64,000 nucleotides of DNA from Raillietiella orientalis (taxonomy: Eukaryota): positions 744,001 through 808,000 of the forward strand of contig JAYWIR010000022.1 in NCBI GenBank assembly GCA_036172245.1, written 5' to 3'. Of the stretch, positions 35,750 to 48,730 are shown in pieces; the first letter of the stretch is position 1, and each line of letters opens with the position of its first letter. The position numbers and the translations under genes are program-made. The notes under the pieces are model-generated. The model did not search any database, was not told the DNA's origin, and saw only the letters and a list, made by a program, of their open reading frames with translations.

Positions 35750-37100
35750 ACAACCCGAAACGAAAACGGGTCGTTACCCAAATGATAGGGGTCCTCGAGC
35801 CGACGACGGTGATTTAGGGAATGCGTGATGCATGCTCTTCGGAGGCCACTTCGATCTGCTTCCATGGGAACCTCGTTGCGTTTCGAACCGTTCCCTCCGT
35901 GAGAGGGACGGAAGTGTTGCCGGGATCGCGGACGCCGGGAGCTGGACCCTGGATTTGTCACCGACACACTGCTCGAAGAAGAGGACTGCAGAAGCCACTT
36001 GCGCTTTCCCAGACTTGCGAACTTTTCCGACGCGTTCCTGTTTTCGATGCTCTTGCTCCCCCTTCTTCCCGGAAGTAGTGCATTGGGTAAAACCATTTCG
36101 AAGCAACAAGCAGACGTCCCCGTGGGCGAATCAGGGCACAGTCTCTCTTTGCGCTGGAAGCAGCAGGAAGGACGTGATGGTGCGTTCGGAAACCCTGAGA
36201 AGGTGGCATCACGGGGAAGCTGCTCCCGTTCGTTGAACGAACCAGAATTTAAGCCATCAATGTGTAGGATGATTCGCTGCCTCCATCAGTTCACATACTC
36301 CGAAGATCCTCTTCGCTGGCTGAAGACCCATCTATTCCCCCGGTTGCTCCCGGAGCATCTCTCGACCGGAATCTCGTCCTCATCGGTAAGCACCGCTCCT
36401 CCTGAAGTCACCACGCAAGCCCACCTGAGCGCGCTTGACGGCATGGCTACATTCTCACAAGACACAGTGGTGGTTCCTACCAAGCAGATGGACACTTCTT
36501 TTTCTGGAGGCGTGCGCCATTGAAACGCTGGTTTGCTGGCCGTTAGAAAGACCCATCGACGACCACAGCTGCCGAAGGACAAAAGTTTGCTAAACGGCAA
36601 AGGAAACATACGGATACACCCGGTCGCCATCCTTAGACTTGGAACGTGTGCCATCTTTTCGAGCGCAGAGATGTGGATCCGAAGACGGGGTGGCGAGAAC
36701 TCATGCGGGATGTTTCGGGAAAGGAAGTCCTGGAGATTCAGCTTGGGCTCGGTTAAAAGCTCTTCCTCGTCTCTCATCTTGCTGTTAAGATGGCCTCCCG
36801 TCCGCGGAGGCCATCTTAACAGTCCCGTCATCGCGCCCTTTTCCTCACGAGAAAAGCTCCGAAATCTCCGAGAGCCAAACGGCAGTTCTTCCCAGACCCG
36901 AGATCGCTCATCAGCAGATCGGATGAGGAGAGCTGCTGGGATCGTTGAGGTTTCCAGGGAGAGCGTGCAAACAATGAGCACACGCGGTCTCACCACTGTG
37001 GCCTCCCGCGAAGTCCATGCACTTCGGGCACGGCATATCGGATCTCACGGTTCGTTGTCAACGATATCTTCGCCTGCCTCTCCACTGGCGCGACCGAAAG
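35750..37100 (-). mobile_element. Decayed DIRS-like tyrosine-recombinase retrotransposon (RT end, RNase H, YR)
   Basis: MTGLLRW; HISALE, VSICLVGTTTVS, CSGSNRGNRWVFSQ (cf. HINxLE, DNTT, PGxxNxxADxLSR); SGLRRACITH...PYHLG (cf. HSxR...G). Confidence 0.5.
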
Positions 37101-37559
37101 CCGCTTGACCGAATCTTCCCCGCTGCTGCGGTCGCGGTTTTGCTTCGGGGAATGTGTGCGGTGTTTCTATAAGTAAGGAGTCTGCTTCAGGATTAAGGTC
37201 ACGTTTCTTCCTTTCCGCTTGGAAACCGTCAGCCCTACCGGAGAGCGGCATCTGTCAGATCTCATGACAAACGACGAAGATCGGAGCGACTTCCTTTTCC
37301 ACCTCTCTCTCTCTTCCCGCGCAGTGCACCTTTGGCCATAATCCCGAAAGGATCCAGGATGCCATCCAGTATCGACCTGTAGGCGGGACTTGAAGAGAGA
37401 TTACCGGCACATCTCAGGTGTTCGGACAGCTCTCCATTTGGTCGCTTCCTGACGACAAGGGAAGCTGTCTAACCAGTGGACGGAAGCGCACACGCTCACG
37501 CCGAGTCGGTGGAGCGAGTGCGGGATAAAACAAGACGGTATGCTCATGCGACAAGGTTC

Positions 37560-37731
37560 GCTTCGCTGGTTGAAGATTCGTCGTTTTCCCTGGCTGCTCC
37601 CGGAGCATCTCTTAACTGGAGCCTCCTCATCAGCAAGCACCGCTTGTCCTGAAGTGACCAAGCAAGCCCACCGAAGAACGCTTGACGGTTTGGCTGCACT
37701 TAACGCTCTCGAAAGACACAGCGCTGGTTCC
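37560..37731 (-). repeat. Second copy of the DIRS-like RNase H segment
   Basis: Direct repeat of 36310-36478 (cttcgctgg.tgaaga, gctcccggagcatctc, cctgaagt.acca.gcaagcccacc, gcttgacgg). Confidence 0.85.
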
Positions 37732-38129
37732 TGTCACGCTACTCTGTGGGTGGCAACGCTCCCTTGCCAGGCGTCCTCCCTTCCCACCTTTGTCTCATCG
37801 CTCTCTGATATCGAAGAAAATACAGAGACAATGAAACGTACGGAATTCCTCCGGTACTCGTGAATCGTTGTTGGGGTCTTTTTTCTTCTTCGTTTCCTGC
37901 CTTCTCAGCCTCCCTGCGTGCATCCTCTTCTCTTCCTTTATGAGAGCGCCGTTGAGAGGGAAAGAATGTGGTGCCCGAAATGGAGCTTCACAACCACCAG
38001 GAAGCTTTGTCCTCTCCTACTGCAGTGAAGGCGCCTCTGGCAAGAAAGCATCAAGACAGACTCGTGCGATCTTTGCAGAAGGGCAGGCATTCAGGAGCCG
38101 GAGGGGATGTTCCAGACAGGCACCGCGTT

Positions 38130-38480
38130 ATGTACACGCAAGCGCGCACAAGTTCGAAGCGGGAATCCGCGACTTGCGAGGCCACAGCTCCTGAAAGGGA
38201 CCTAACTGATCTCCTCCGGAGTGATCCTTGGAATCGTCGCCATTTCACGGAGCACAGTTCAGCCTCTCTCACTCTTTCCGGACACCCGGAAGGCTGTCTG
38301 GAGGCAAGCGAGCATCGTCAAAAACCCGCTCGCCCACCAAGAACGAACCAATGGTGGAGAATCGAGTCACGAAACCGCTTTCTTCCAAGATGCCGCTCGT
38401 CCTGCTCTTCCTGTGGAGCTCCCGCGCTGTGCTTGCATATGGACTCCTCGGAGTGGGAAACCGGAATTTCCGGGAAAGGG
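38130..38480 (+). mobile_element. LINE RT N-terminal relic
   Basis: IRDLRGHSSxKGP and PDTRKAVWRQASIV (cf. KSxGPD and PxxWKxAxIV). Confidence 0.4.
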
Positions 38481-38738
38481 AGCTGAAGAACTGCCGATTA
38501 CCCTACGCAACTACAGAGAAAACGAAAACAGGAGATTCTCGGGGAACCTCAGAATCGCCCGCAGGGCAGCTGTAACTGGAGAGAAGTGGCGCCTCGGTCT
38601 CGCGGCTCTTCTATTTCGTCAGCAGCATCTCAACTTCCTGCACAGGACAGCAGCCTATCGTGAAGCAGCCTACACCGACCATACCGTGAAGCTTCACCCA
38701 GCTTTGGTGCACACAAAAAAAACATTCGAGGGTTCCTC

Positions 38739-39405
38739 AGTTTCCACGTGGTCACTGGTCAAGGGCTCGTTGACGGTTGCTAATCCCGGCCGGTCCTCCG
38801 GAACGCGTTCCCCAGCACGTGGCTCTGACCTTGCTCTGGGCGTCGGCCCACACAGCGCTCTTCACGCTTTCCACCGCCGCGCGCCACCGCTCGCCCATTC
38901 TCGGAGCATCCCGCCGTTCTTCGCACCCTGCGCTCCTCGCCGAGGCAGCAGCCGGTCTTCTGTCGGCGGCCGCAAGGAGAGGCGGCTCTTCCCGTATCGA
39001 CTCTCCCCTTTCTTCGTCGAGCCTCTTCCAGAGTCGCTTGCCCGGAGCAGCGGCCGAGGTCTGAACGTCGAACGGGAAGGCTCGACTCGTTCTGGAGCAG
39101 CCCGTTTGGAGTCGCCTCCCTGCGACTGGCTGGCTGGAGGCCAATCCGCTCCGACGTCACTTCCTCGACCTAGTCCACCGACGTCTTGGTGTCGAGGTCC
39201 CGCGAGCAGCGGGCGAGGACGCGCGTCGAGGGCGCTTCGCATGCCGAGCGTATTCCACGCGCAGCTCTCCTTGCGGACGCACGGGCAGCAGGAAGAATCG
39301 ACGTGCGTGCGTGAAGTGGTACCATGGATCATGCCCGATACATAAGTGAGCGAACACACGGTACTGTTACCCAACCCGGGTCAGGAATTTTCCCTGACCT
39401 CGATG
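38739..39405 (-). mobile_element. 667-bp young non-autonomous repeat, copy B
   Basis: Reverse complement of 9056-9722 with the same boundaries. Confidence 0.9.
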
Positions 39406-40928
39406 TTACTCAGTGGAGGGATGTCAATTCTTCGTGGAAAAAGAGATTTTTGTTTCCAATCATCTCTTTTTTCCGGCTGGTTTTTGGCGCTCCATTGTGG
39501 GTCCTTTTCTAGATGGGACGCACTATTTTTTCCTCTTTCTGCGCTCCCTTGGCCACGAGGTGGAATTGAGCTTGGAACAAACAGGAAGCTGATTGGGAAA
39601 TCGATAGTGGAACCCGCGCTTCTGTTGCGGCGACATAGATGCTGCAGTGGAACCTGCAAAGCTGGCATTGATGAATTGATGTGGACGCGCATTGCTCCGT
39701 GAAAGCTCTCTAATTCGACTTCATAGAAGTCACCGTCTTCTTCTGTCTTCTTCTTTTCGTGGAAAAGAAAAAAACAGTCAAGGCCTTTTATTTTTTTTTT
39801 CCCGAGGAAGAAGGAGTAGAGGTCGAGTCTTTTATCGATTTGAGCTTAACTTGGAGAGCGTTATGCTGGTTGAGGCACGACAGATTATCATGTCACACGT
39901 CCGCAGCACGCCAACCTTCAAGGTGGAGCAAGTGAGAACTCATTCAAATGATCTCTGAGCAGTTGCTTCTGTGGAAGTTTCACGGAAACGCTCATACGAT
40001 TCTTCTGCCATTGGATAATCGGACAAACAAGAGGTCATCCGGCAGTCCAGTTCGATCCAACTGGAGACATGCAACTGAAGCCCCTCATCGAGCATGCAAA
40101 CGAGGGCCGCATTGCTACCAGCCAGAAGAGCCGCAGTTTCTCTGGAAAGCGTTGCAGAATTGGTCGTGCAAGGAACCAAAAGGAGAAAACAGCTATTGCC
40201 ACCGACGGTCTCTCGAAACCTTCCCTAGCTGCTTCCTATTTGCCCAACAAGAGTTCCCATTTCTTACTTTTTCTTTAGCGAGCAGGGATGTTTCTGTGTT
40301 GATCCTGTCTTGACCGTCTTGCACTGTTCTTTCAAAGGCTTCGAGCTATTCCTTGTCAGCGGATGATTACTTTGCAGACTCATCATAAATGCCTCACGTT
40401 TTTATCTCCTGCCTATCCGAGGAACCGTTAGGCAATGGATCTGTTTGTGGTTTCATAGAGGTTGAGAGCGAGTCTGAAGCTGTTTTGCCTCCGGATCATT
40501 CAAGCTGCATGGTCATCGGTTGAAGATGCTACCATTTCTTCATTCTTGCCCTTAGTTGAATTTCAACGTGCATTCGGTCGATTGAAGACAGCAATTGAAG
40601 AACTGAGAAGTGAGTTCTCGGCAGAGGAATCGCGCTTCCGTCGGGAGTTTGCTGTTGCGAAGGAAGAGAAGGATGGTCATCTTCTACGTTGCCTGCTTCC
40701 TAGAAAGCATCCCTGATGCGTGCTTGCGGAGTGCTTCGAGTAAAAAGGAGAGCAGATACAAGCACTTCTGTGTTTCCCTGTCAACGATGGATATTCGGAT
40801 GGCTATCCGAGACCGAATCATTAGCTCTGTAAGATCCCCAGATCCCCAAAATAGAGAATTATTGTGAGAGCTGGAGATGTAGCCGCCATACCATGACAAA
40901 ATGAGACATTCAATGCAGTGGCAGCATA

Positions 40929-41826
40929 CGAGGAGCATCTCAAAAGTAAGGGCCTATCGGATACAAACAAAGAACCAATAAGAGAAGCAAAACTGTATTC
41001 GTGGTTCTAAACACGTACATCCCTAGGTCATTTTCCTACATAGTCACCATTCTTTTCCAAACACCTTTGATACCGTGGAAGAAACTTTTTGAAACCTCCT
41101 GCATCGAATTCCGTCTCCTGGGAGTTCAGCACTGCAGTTTTCCACTCCTCACTTTCCTCGAATCGTTGAGATGCAAGCCACTTCTGGAGGTGCAGAAAGA
41201 CGTGGTAGTCACTGGGAGGGACTGTACAGTGGATGATCAAAAATTTCCCATCTGAATTTCTGAATTGTCTGGAATGTGCGGACAGCAGCGTGTGGGATCA
41301 AAAAGAGTGTGCTTTCGGTGGACTTTGTGGAGCCTGAAACAACCACCGCCGTCTAAAGTCTACTATGAAATGCTTTCAAAACTGCGGCGTGCCATTCAGA
41401 ACCGACGACGTGGAATGCTGTGATCAGCAATTTCCTTCACGAGAACGCGCGCCTTGGCAACACATGCTGTCTGCACATTCCCCACAGTTCGAAAATTCAG
41501 ATGGGAAATTTTTGATCATCCACTGTACAGTCCCTCCCAGTGACTACCACGTCTTTCTGCACCTCCAGAAGTGGCTTGCATCTCAACGATTCGAGGAAAG
41601 TGAGGAGTGGAAAACTGCAGTGCTGAACTCCCAGGAGACGGAATTCGATGCAGGAGGTTTCAAAAAGTTTCTTCCACGGTATCAAAGGTGTTTGGAAAAG
41701 AATGGTGACTATGTAGGAAAATGACCTAGGGATGTACGTGTTTAGAACAACCACCGATGCATTCTTGTTTCTCTTATTTGGTCTTTTTTGATATCCGATC
41801 GGCTCTTAGTTTTGAAATGCGTATCG
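40929..41826 (+). mobile_element. Mariner-derived non-autonomous element with long inverted arms (3' end replacing 5' end)
   Basis: TA flanks at 40927-28 and 41827-28; TIR-like CGAGGAGCATCTCAAAAGTAAG; transposase remnants WDQK, LRRAIQNRRRG, LHENAR, WEIFDHPLYSP, PSDYHVF, GDYV; 41004-41259 is the exact reverse complement of 41493-41748. Confidence 0.93.
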
Positions 41827-44800
41827 TACATTGACTCATAAGTTGGGACATCTCTATGAAGGAATGGCTCAGAGCATCGACGGATGAAGAACCGGTACCG
41901 ACCGATGCTGATGTGGACAGAGAGGTTTTGGAATTAATGCCATAACTGTCAGGACAATATGGAAGATGCAGGATGCGAGATGACGATGCCGTCCAAAATC
42001 CAAGACATCCGTGGCACTCACTGGATGCTCCGGCTGAGGCTCTGCTGAGCGACTGAGCGCACAACTTTGTAGTGCCAGCGTCAGTAGGAGGCAGTTTGGG
42101 CACCTAAAAATGCTGAAATTCAACCAAGAGGTCTCGGCGCATTGGCAAAAGTTTTAGACGCCCAACTCAAGGTGATGGGTTGGAGCTCCTGCATTGAGCT
42201 AGTCAGACAACTCCTTCCCCTCCACACCAATCCTCATGAATGTCTCTCCGTGTATCAGCGGGGAGTTATCTGCAAGCGTTCTGAGAAGAATATAATTGGT
42301 AGAAAGTTCCTCTCTGCCCTATTAAGTGGTTCCAAACTTTCTTGATTAATCATTTTGCTAAGAGAAGGGTTGTATTTTCGAGAATCTGATGAGAGAACAG
42401 ATTTTCTGTCCTCTCCAGCATAGAGCTCAGAGACAAAAGGAACTTATAAACAAAATTCCGAACCATCCACCTATGAACTTTTTATTGAGTGACAGGCATA
42501 GAGGGAAGCTTTAATGGTGATTCGAACACAAAAAGATTTTCATTGGGACAATGGACTCTTCAGTAAGCATTGATATCAACACTGAAAGCACTTGAGAGCA
42601 TTCCAATAGAGTTGGAAGCTCATAGAAGCTCGCCTGAAACGACGTACAATAAATGGATATGAATGTTTGTTCGATATCTTTGGTATTCTTGATGGTAGTG
42701 CGTACAGAAAGATGGTCTTCTAGATGAGAATCCATGAGGTTTGAGTTCTTTGCGGTCTCTGAATGGAAACCGTTTATAAATTGGAAATGCGATTCTGTGA
42801 TGAAACAAGGATGATCGATTATTTTTTGTGGAGATTGGAAATTTTTTCTCAATGAGAAACTCAACCGGGATGGAGGTGATCTCCATTCCGGGGATCTCTT
42901 TCCAGGCGTGAGAGGACAGGACTCCCTTCTTCGGAGCCCTCCTACCTTCGGAACCCTCGAAGAGTCAACACTCCGCCTTAGGGTAGAGTGGAGCAGCGAC
43001 AAAGAGCTGCGTGGGGGCCATCAGGCTCACAAGCCTGTCCGACGCCATCCCGTCGAGGGCCTCTCGGGAGCAGCCCCGCCGGCTGGCTCCCACATGAAGG
43101 TTTCGCGCGCCTGCGCACTCTGTTTCGAAGCCGGAAGTCGCTGCCTCAACAGCGCAAGTTCGGGGGTGACCTCTCGTTGCTACCGGAAGCACCATCCTCC
43201 TGGAAAATGCCTGCCGGTGGGCGGCCACATCAGCTCCGCTGTTTCCCGACTCGAGGCTTCCCTTCGCTGAGGTTATCCCGGCTCCCGAGGTCAGTTCCGC
43301 TAAAAGTTCTTCGATGCACAAAGAATAGGCAGTGGTCTGCCCGAAAGCCAAAGAGAAGAAAAAATCTTCAAACTTGCTTTTCACGGAGTCTATTTCATGT
43401 GGAACTGTTGATCCCTCATTCTCTTCTTCTTACTTCTAGAGGTCCAGCTGATATCTTCTGTTGAAGAATACTGTTAATCGGAAACACTAAAATGAACCGT
43501 TCCTGTCCACCAAGAAATTTGCTTCGTTCTTTCTGTCCACATGCGAGGGAAAAGAAAGCAATCGTACATCCAGAATGGTGAGTGCAAGGCGATCTGGGTC
43601 AAGTATTCTTATCATCGGGTTGCTCTGGAGATCACGAATATCTTTATGAATACCAATTATTGTACATAGCAGGGTGGTATTAAAGTTCCCATAACCCTGT
43701 TTGTCACCCTTTCTTGTTTTGCATTCGTTTCGCTTCTCAGGAAGCACCCTTTCTATTGCAAGCATTTTCAAACACGCATATGGAAGATGCTAACAGGATG
43801 CATGAGATGTTCTACACAAGATGATGAATCGAATCTATCTGAGCAACAACTGTAACTGTGAAGTTCACAGTTATAGACGGACTCAGCATTTTTGCTGGCA
43901 TCTCCGAATGACCAGAAAACCCATGTGGAAAGTTTTCCAATGGCATCCGTTGTTTACCTCCTGTGTATGCGTTCCTTTTGTTCCATCCTATTCTCCTCTA
44001 AGTGTCCTGTATTGCTGCGGGATCTTTTTCACGAAATCGCAATCTACATGGTTTCTTCGTTGGCTGCTGCTGTTCTCAGCTCCTATTGTCTGCGCCGAGG
44101 AAAGCTGTAGCTTTGTGGATCAATTCTCACGAAATTACAAGAAAACGCTCTTCTACACTATGCTGAGCGACTGATTTTCTTTGATTTTTCTGCGCTGAAG
44201 GCCTGATGATGTGATTTGTGATTAATTCTGGTTTGCGTTCAAGCACGACTGACTCATTCTGGGGTCGCAGCTGATGAGAGCATCTGTATTGTCTCCCTCA
44301 GTTTATCTCGAGATCCGTTTTCACAAGCACACAATCAAGCTTTTGAGTTGGTGTTTTCCTTGACAAATCTCCTGAAACAGAACAAAAAAAACAAACAAAC
44401 AAAGTATTTCTTAAGAAAGAAAAGTGGTGACTCTTTACAGATGCATGTTCTGTACTTAAGAAAACTCTCCATATTTCTTTCCTCCATGCTATTCTTGAGT
44501 AGTCTGCCTTTGCCTTGTAAAAACAACGCGACATTTCCTTATCTCTCGCAATAGAAAGATGATCGATGTGACAACGCAAGAATCAAGCAAGTGACCACTC
44601 ATCCAATGCCGTCGGCCTTTCATATGATAAGGAAATTCGTTTCGCGTGATGTCCATCTGGAGACTTTATGAAACAGACTGAACGCCATTACCACGTTTCC
44701 TCAATTAGCCCTTCTCAGTTGTGTGTAGAGAATATGAATGCTCATTCGCCTTAATGTTACTTCTGCTGTGCACCGGGAACAACGATTAAAGAAAATAGAG

Positions 44801-44928
44801 TCATCTGTTTCCTTGGGACACATTCTAGGTTCTCCACCTTGGTTGCTCTAGAAAGCGACACTTGGTCCATTAGTGTTTTGATCCACTGAAAGCATTCTAG
44901 TCCATTTTCATTTTATTAAAAGTAAGAA

Positions 44929-44929
<1 letters not shown>

Positions 44930-44967
<38 letters not shown>
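44930..44967. repeat. (TG)19 microsatellite
   Basis: Perfect dinucleotide run. Confidence 0.98.
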
Positions 44968-44974
<7 letters not shown>

Positions 44975-45149
44975 CCGTTGACTTTCTCCCTCGCTTGAAG
45001 AGACCCCGTGCAAGTGGAACTTCGTCTTGCAGCTTCATGGTTTGTACTCTGCAGGAAGCCTCTTACCAACAGGCTTCGACGTTTTCGAATCTTCATGTTT
45101 GTGACGCATCTTGGTGATTTATTTGAATCATCACATATTTGCAGAAGAG

Positions 45150-46780
45150 TTTCGTTGAACTGCCTTTTAGTATCATTTGGAGAAAGAGTCGTTGGCATCC
45201 CTTTGAAATCTGCAAATCCAACAAAAGCTCCTAGAAGCACAAGTTCGAACTCTAAACACAAGTGGACATGTTTCGAAACTTCCCCTTTGGATGGTCACTC
45301 CAGTTGTCAGTCTTCCTTAAAGTACTTGGGGTCTTGATGTGAGTTGCTCTTCTGCGTGTTAATACGGTAACAGTTGGTTTTTAAAGACGAGCTGTTCCAT
45401 TAGGCAGCTTTACTAAAAGTCAAGTAGACTTTTTATCTGATCGGTGCTATGCTTGGCTGCTTTCCGTTTCCAAACTGAGAAGATATGCTCATTATTTGAT
45501 AACACCATTGAGACTTGACTCATTTTGAGGAATTAATCTTCCATATACTTTTTCTCTTCATTCTCAAAAATTTCACCTTCCTACGGTCTGCACGGCAGCA
45601 GATCGAATACGATGCCATGTTGCTAAGAGCTGCGTGCTTTGCTCTGTAAATGAAACTCCAGTGTGAGAGAAGATGAAATTGATTTGGGCAGTTGGATGCA
45701 TCCTGCGAAGTTTCACCCAAAGAAGCAGAAAGTTCACTTATAGCTGCAATATGAGAGAACAAAGGCATGCAACATTTTTAAAATTCGCGTAGGAGTGCGC
45801 CCAGAGAGCTACGTAACAGCCTTGGAAATCGCTGCATTCAGCAGCACCTAAACATTTTAAGAGAATACCAGAAGTAGGAAGAGGTGTTTGGTTCACCTGA
45901 CCCGTTTTTTTTACGCCTTAGTACCTCCCTGTGTTTTTTTGAGTACCTTTCTTGAGATTGAGTGGGCAGCTTTCCGTTCTCGTTCGCATTTGCTTCCCGG
46001 CATCACGGGAAAGCACTTGTTCTTGCTCTTCGAGGTTTGCATGAGCCCCTGTGTATGGTCGCTTACATGTTCCCATTGCATCGTTCTCTTCACGATCCGT
46101 AGCCAAGGGTTATTTCCGCTTCCTTTCCAAACTGGTATTCCTATGCCAAATAGGTCAGTCACCAAGACTCAATGTTGCTTAGAACTAGCCAGGTATGAAT
46201 CTCCGAGAGAGTCTGCGAACGATAGCCTAGTGATCGTGTTCTGGCACTTGACTGTCCCCGGAGTGTGGCACGGTCTTCTTTAAAGAGGAAGACAGGTTGT
46301 TGCATATGGAAAATGCTCCTCGCTCTGAGCACTCCTTCATCTGTGTTCCTGTGGTGCCTAAGTGCTTGAGCATTCGTAAGTACGAGGCTTCCATTTGCTT
46401 GCGTTGCTGTTCCTGAGACACGTTGGGAAGACATGGAAATGGTTGCTTCAGGAAAAAGACTTTTGGTTAGTAAACGATTCTGCATATTTCCTTTTATCTG
46501 AAAAAACACATTCCACTTTGATGTTTCCTCCGTTGATATCTCTGATGGCTGCTGAATTGGCTAAACAGTCAAAAGCTGCCCGGCCGTATTTCGTCGCCTG
46601 CAGCCATGCTGTCACGTGCTGGACTTCAAAATTTAAGCAAAATAGCTTCATCAGCTGTAATGAACGGGCGCTAGCATTTTTCATGAGAAAGAAATCCTAC
46701 ACCCACTTTTTCGTCATTTCCAACAAAGATTTATGCCAAAATCTTCGGTGTTTCTCAGGATTCTGGAATTGCATCTTCCT
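45150..46780 (-). pseudogene. Decayed NACHT/NLR-like NTPase
   Basis: KSLLEMTKKWV (post-Walker A), AAFDCL (cf. FDGL), RLLTKSLFPEATISMSS (cf. LLxxxLLPxASLLITTR), FSHIAAISELSAS (cf. FxHLTxQEFLAA), in order. Confidence 0.55.
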
Positions 46781-48299
46781 TCTCGTCAAAGACGTTCAGC
46801 TTCATTCATCTCTTGGCTCTGAGCATTCTGCTCTTTTCCTGATCGTGGAGAGAGAAAGAGATTTCCATTAATTCCCATCCTCATGCACCTAAGTTTTCGC
46901 CTGATGTTTTGGGCGAAATTTCCTCCTGGGATGACGGTTTAAAGCCGAGTCTCCATTCTGTTTCTGATCTTGGCGAGGACTCCTGAGCAGTATTAACACC
47001 TCGGACATGTTCAGTAAAGCCATGTTCCTAACCAATTATTATCACTTATTCCACTTCAATGTTTGCTAGACAGATCATTCTGCCTCCTTTGGAAAGAGAA
47101 GAAAGAGTGCTAACATTTGAACAATTTCGTGAACACAGAACAGACAAAGCCTCTTTCAACGTTGACGCACCTCGCACTAAAGCACCTTAGATCTCTTTCT
47201 TAGAACCCGTTCTCTGAATTATTTTCTACTTTCCCGTGGTCATCAACCCATTCAAAACTGTCCTTAGATGAGAGAGCTGTCATCTGACCGCAATGTGAAA
47301 AGGGAAGGAGACATGTGACTTCTAATTCGCTTCTAGAATACATCCCATGGTGTCGCATCAAGATAATGTTGGCAGTCGAATTTCAATTTTACTTCCAGTG
47401 ACCAACTTTTGGGGGACGTCGGGCTTTGCTGTTGCATTCCTTTTAGGAAGAGCCTTGGAAGCGAAAATCCCTGAATGAAAGAATGCCACTAATGAAGATG
47501 TGCTGTCATCACCTTGGAGCTCTGAACACTTCCTTACTTTGAAGTTGTTTTTCAAATTGAGGATGAAACGGACTCGGAAACTCTGAGATGTTTGCGTCTT
47601 TCGAATGTTACAAACTGCGCGTCATCCGTAGATGAGTTACTATCCCTGACGCCTCAGGGATCTGCCTTTTCGCCTTTGTTTTCCTTTTTATCGAGGTACG
47701 GCAACGAAAGCAAGGTGAGACAGACGCAGAGAATCGGATCCTACGTTTTAATTTATCTGACAAACACGATCTGGCACCAAAGCATCCTTTGCGGAAGGAG
47801 ATGGCAGCCAGGAATTTTGCAACCAGCCTAGAACAAGTCTAGTGGGCCCGTCTTGTTTTTGTTTTCGCAAGGAACCCTTATTCCGAAGTTCAAGTGTGCA
47901 ATGGAGCAGGTGATTGGATAAAGAACTTGATGAAGGAATACTCGCATTCCTAAAGACAACGCGATGAAGCAGGACCAATGCCCATTCTTTCCTACTAGGC
48001 TTCAGGTCCCACGAGCACAATTCTTGTTACATGCATACGTATACATGTGAGTATGAGTTGTAAAATTGTAATTGTATCCATTAGGAGTGTTCTCGAAGGG
48101 CGCTTCCGGACGAAGGCGTTCCCGCCGGACCGAGGGAGGTGGCAGCCCTGCAGTGGGGTCCCAACGGGAGTAGGCCGTGCTCCTCTTCCCGTGACCCTCT
48201 CCCGGGACAGGGTGGCTGGGACCGTGCATGCGCACAATAGAAGCAACGGACGGAGGAAAGGCGCGAAGTTTTCTTCCGGTAAGTGAGACGTTGCGACGT

Positions 48300-48730
48300 C
48301 CCTACTGGAACACCCTGGAAGGTGGGCCTCTCGGACCCGCCTTATTTCAAGGTTGCGAAAGCGTGGATGGAGACGTGGATGTATGTGGAAGGTTCATCCT
48401 TCTCCAACAGCGACGCCTACTGCATTTCAGAGGTCATCGAGCCCATTGGCCAGCCGAAAACCCGTCTCTTAAGGAACAAGGCCACTTGAAGAGTTCCAAC
48501 TCGGGGTCCGCCGAGATGGATGGAATCTCTGAGGATCTCTAGAGAGAACTTCCGGATACCGTGCTTCGTTGTCGACGCCTGCGTCCTCCCACTTCGGTGC
48601 CAGCAGGACGCCATCTTGCCGGTGCGCTGGGCACAACCCCGAAACGAGGAGCGCCACCATCACTCCTCAGAGGGGCGGGTGTCCAAGGAATGCCCCTTCC
48701 CCACTGCGGCACAGTGGGGACGCTCCCTCA
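48300..48730 (+). mobile_element. LINE ORF2 C-terminal (zinc finger) fragment
   Basis: Homologous to the reverse complement of about 62390-62760; DACVLPLR..AILPVRWA..R..RH..GR...CP..CGTVG. Confidence 0.75.

Noticed and set aside
38221..39345. 374-aa plus-strand ORF as a gene
   Set aside because: Chance read-through from a LINE relic into the GC-rich 667-bp repeat
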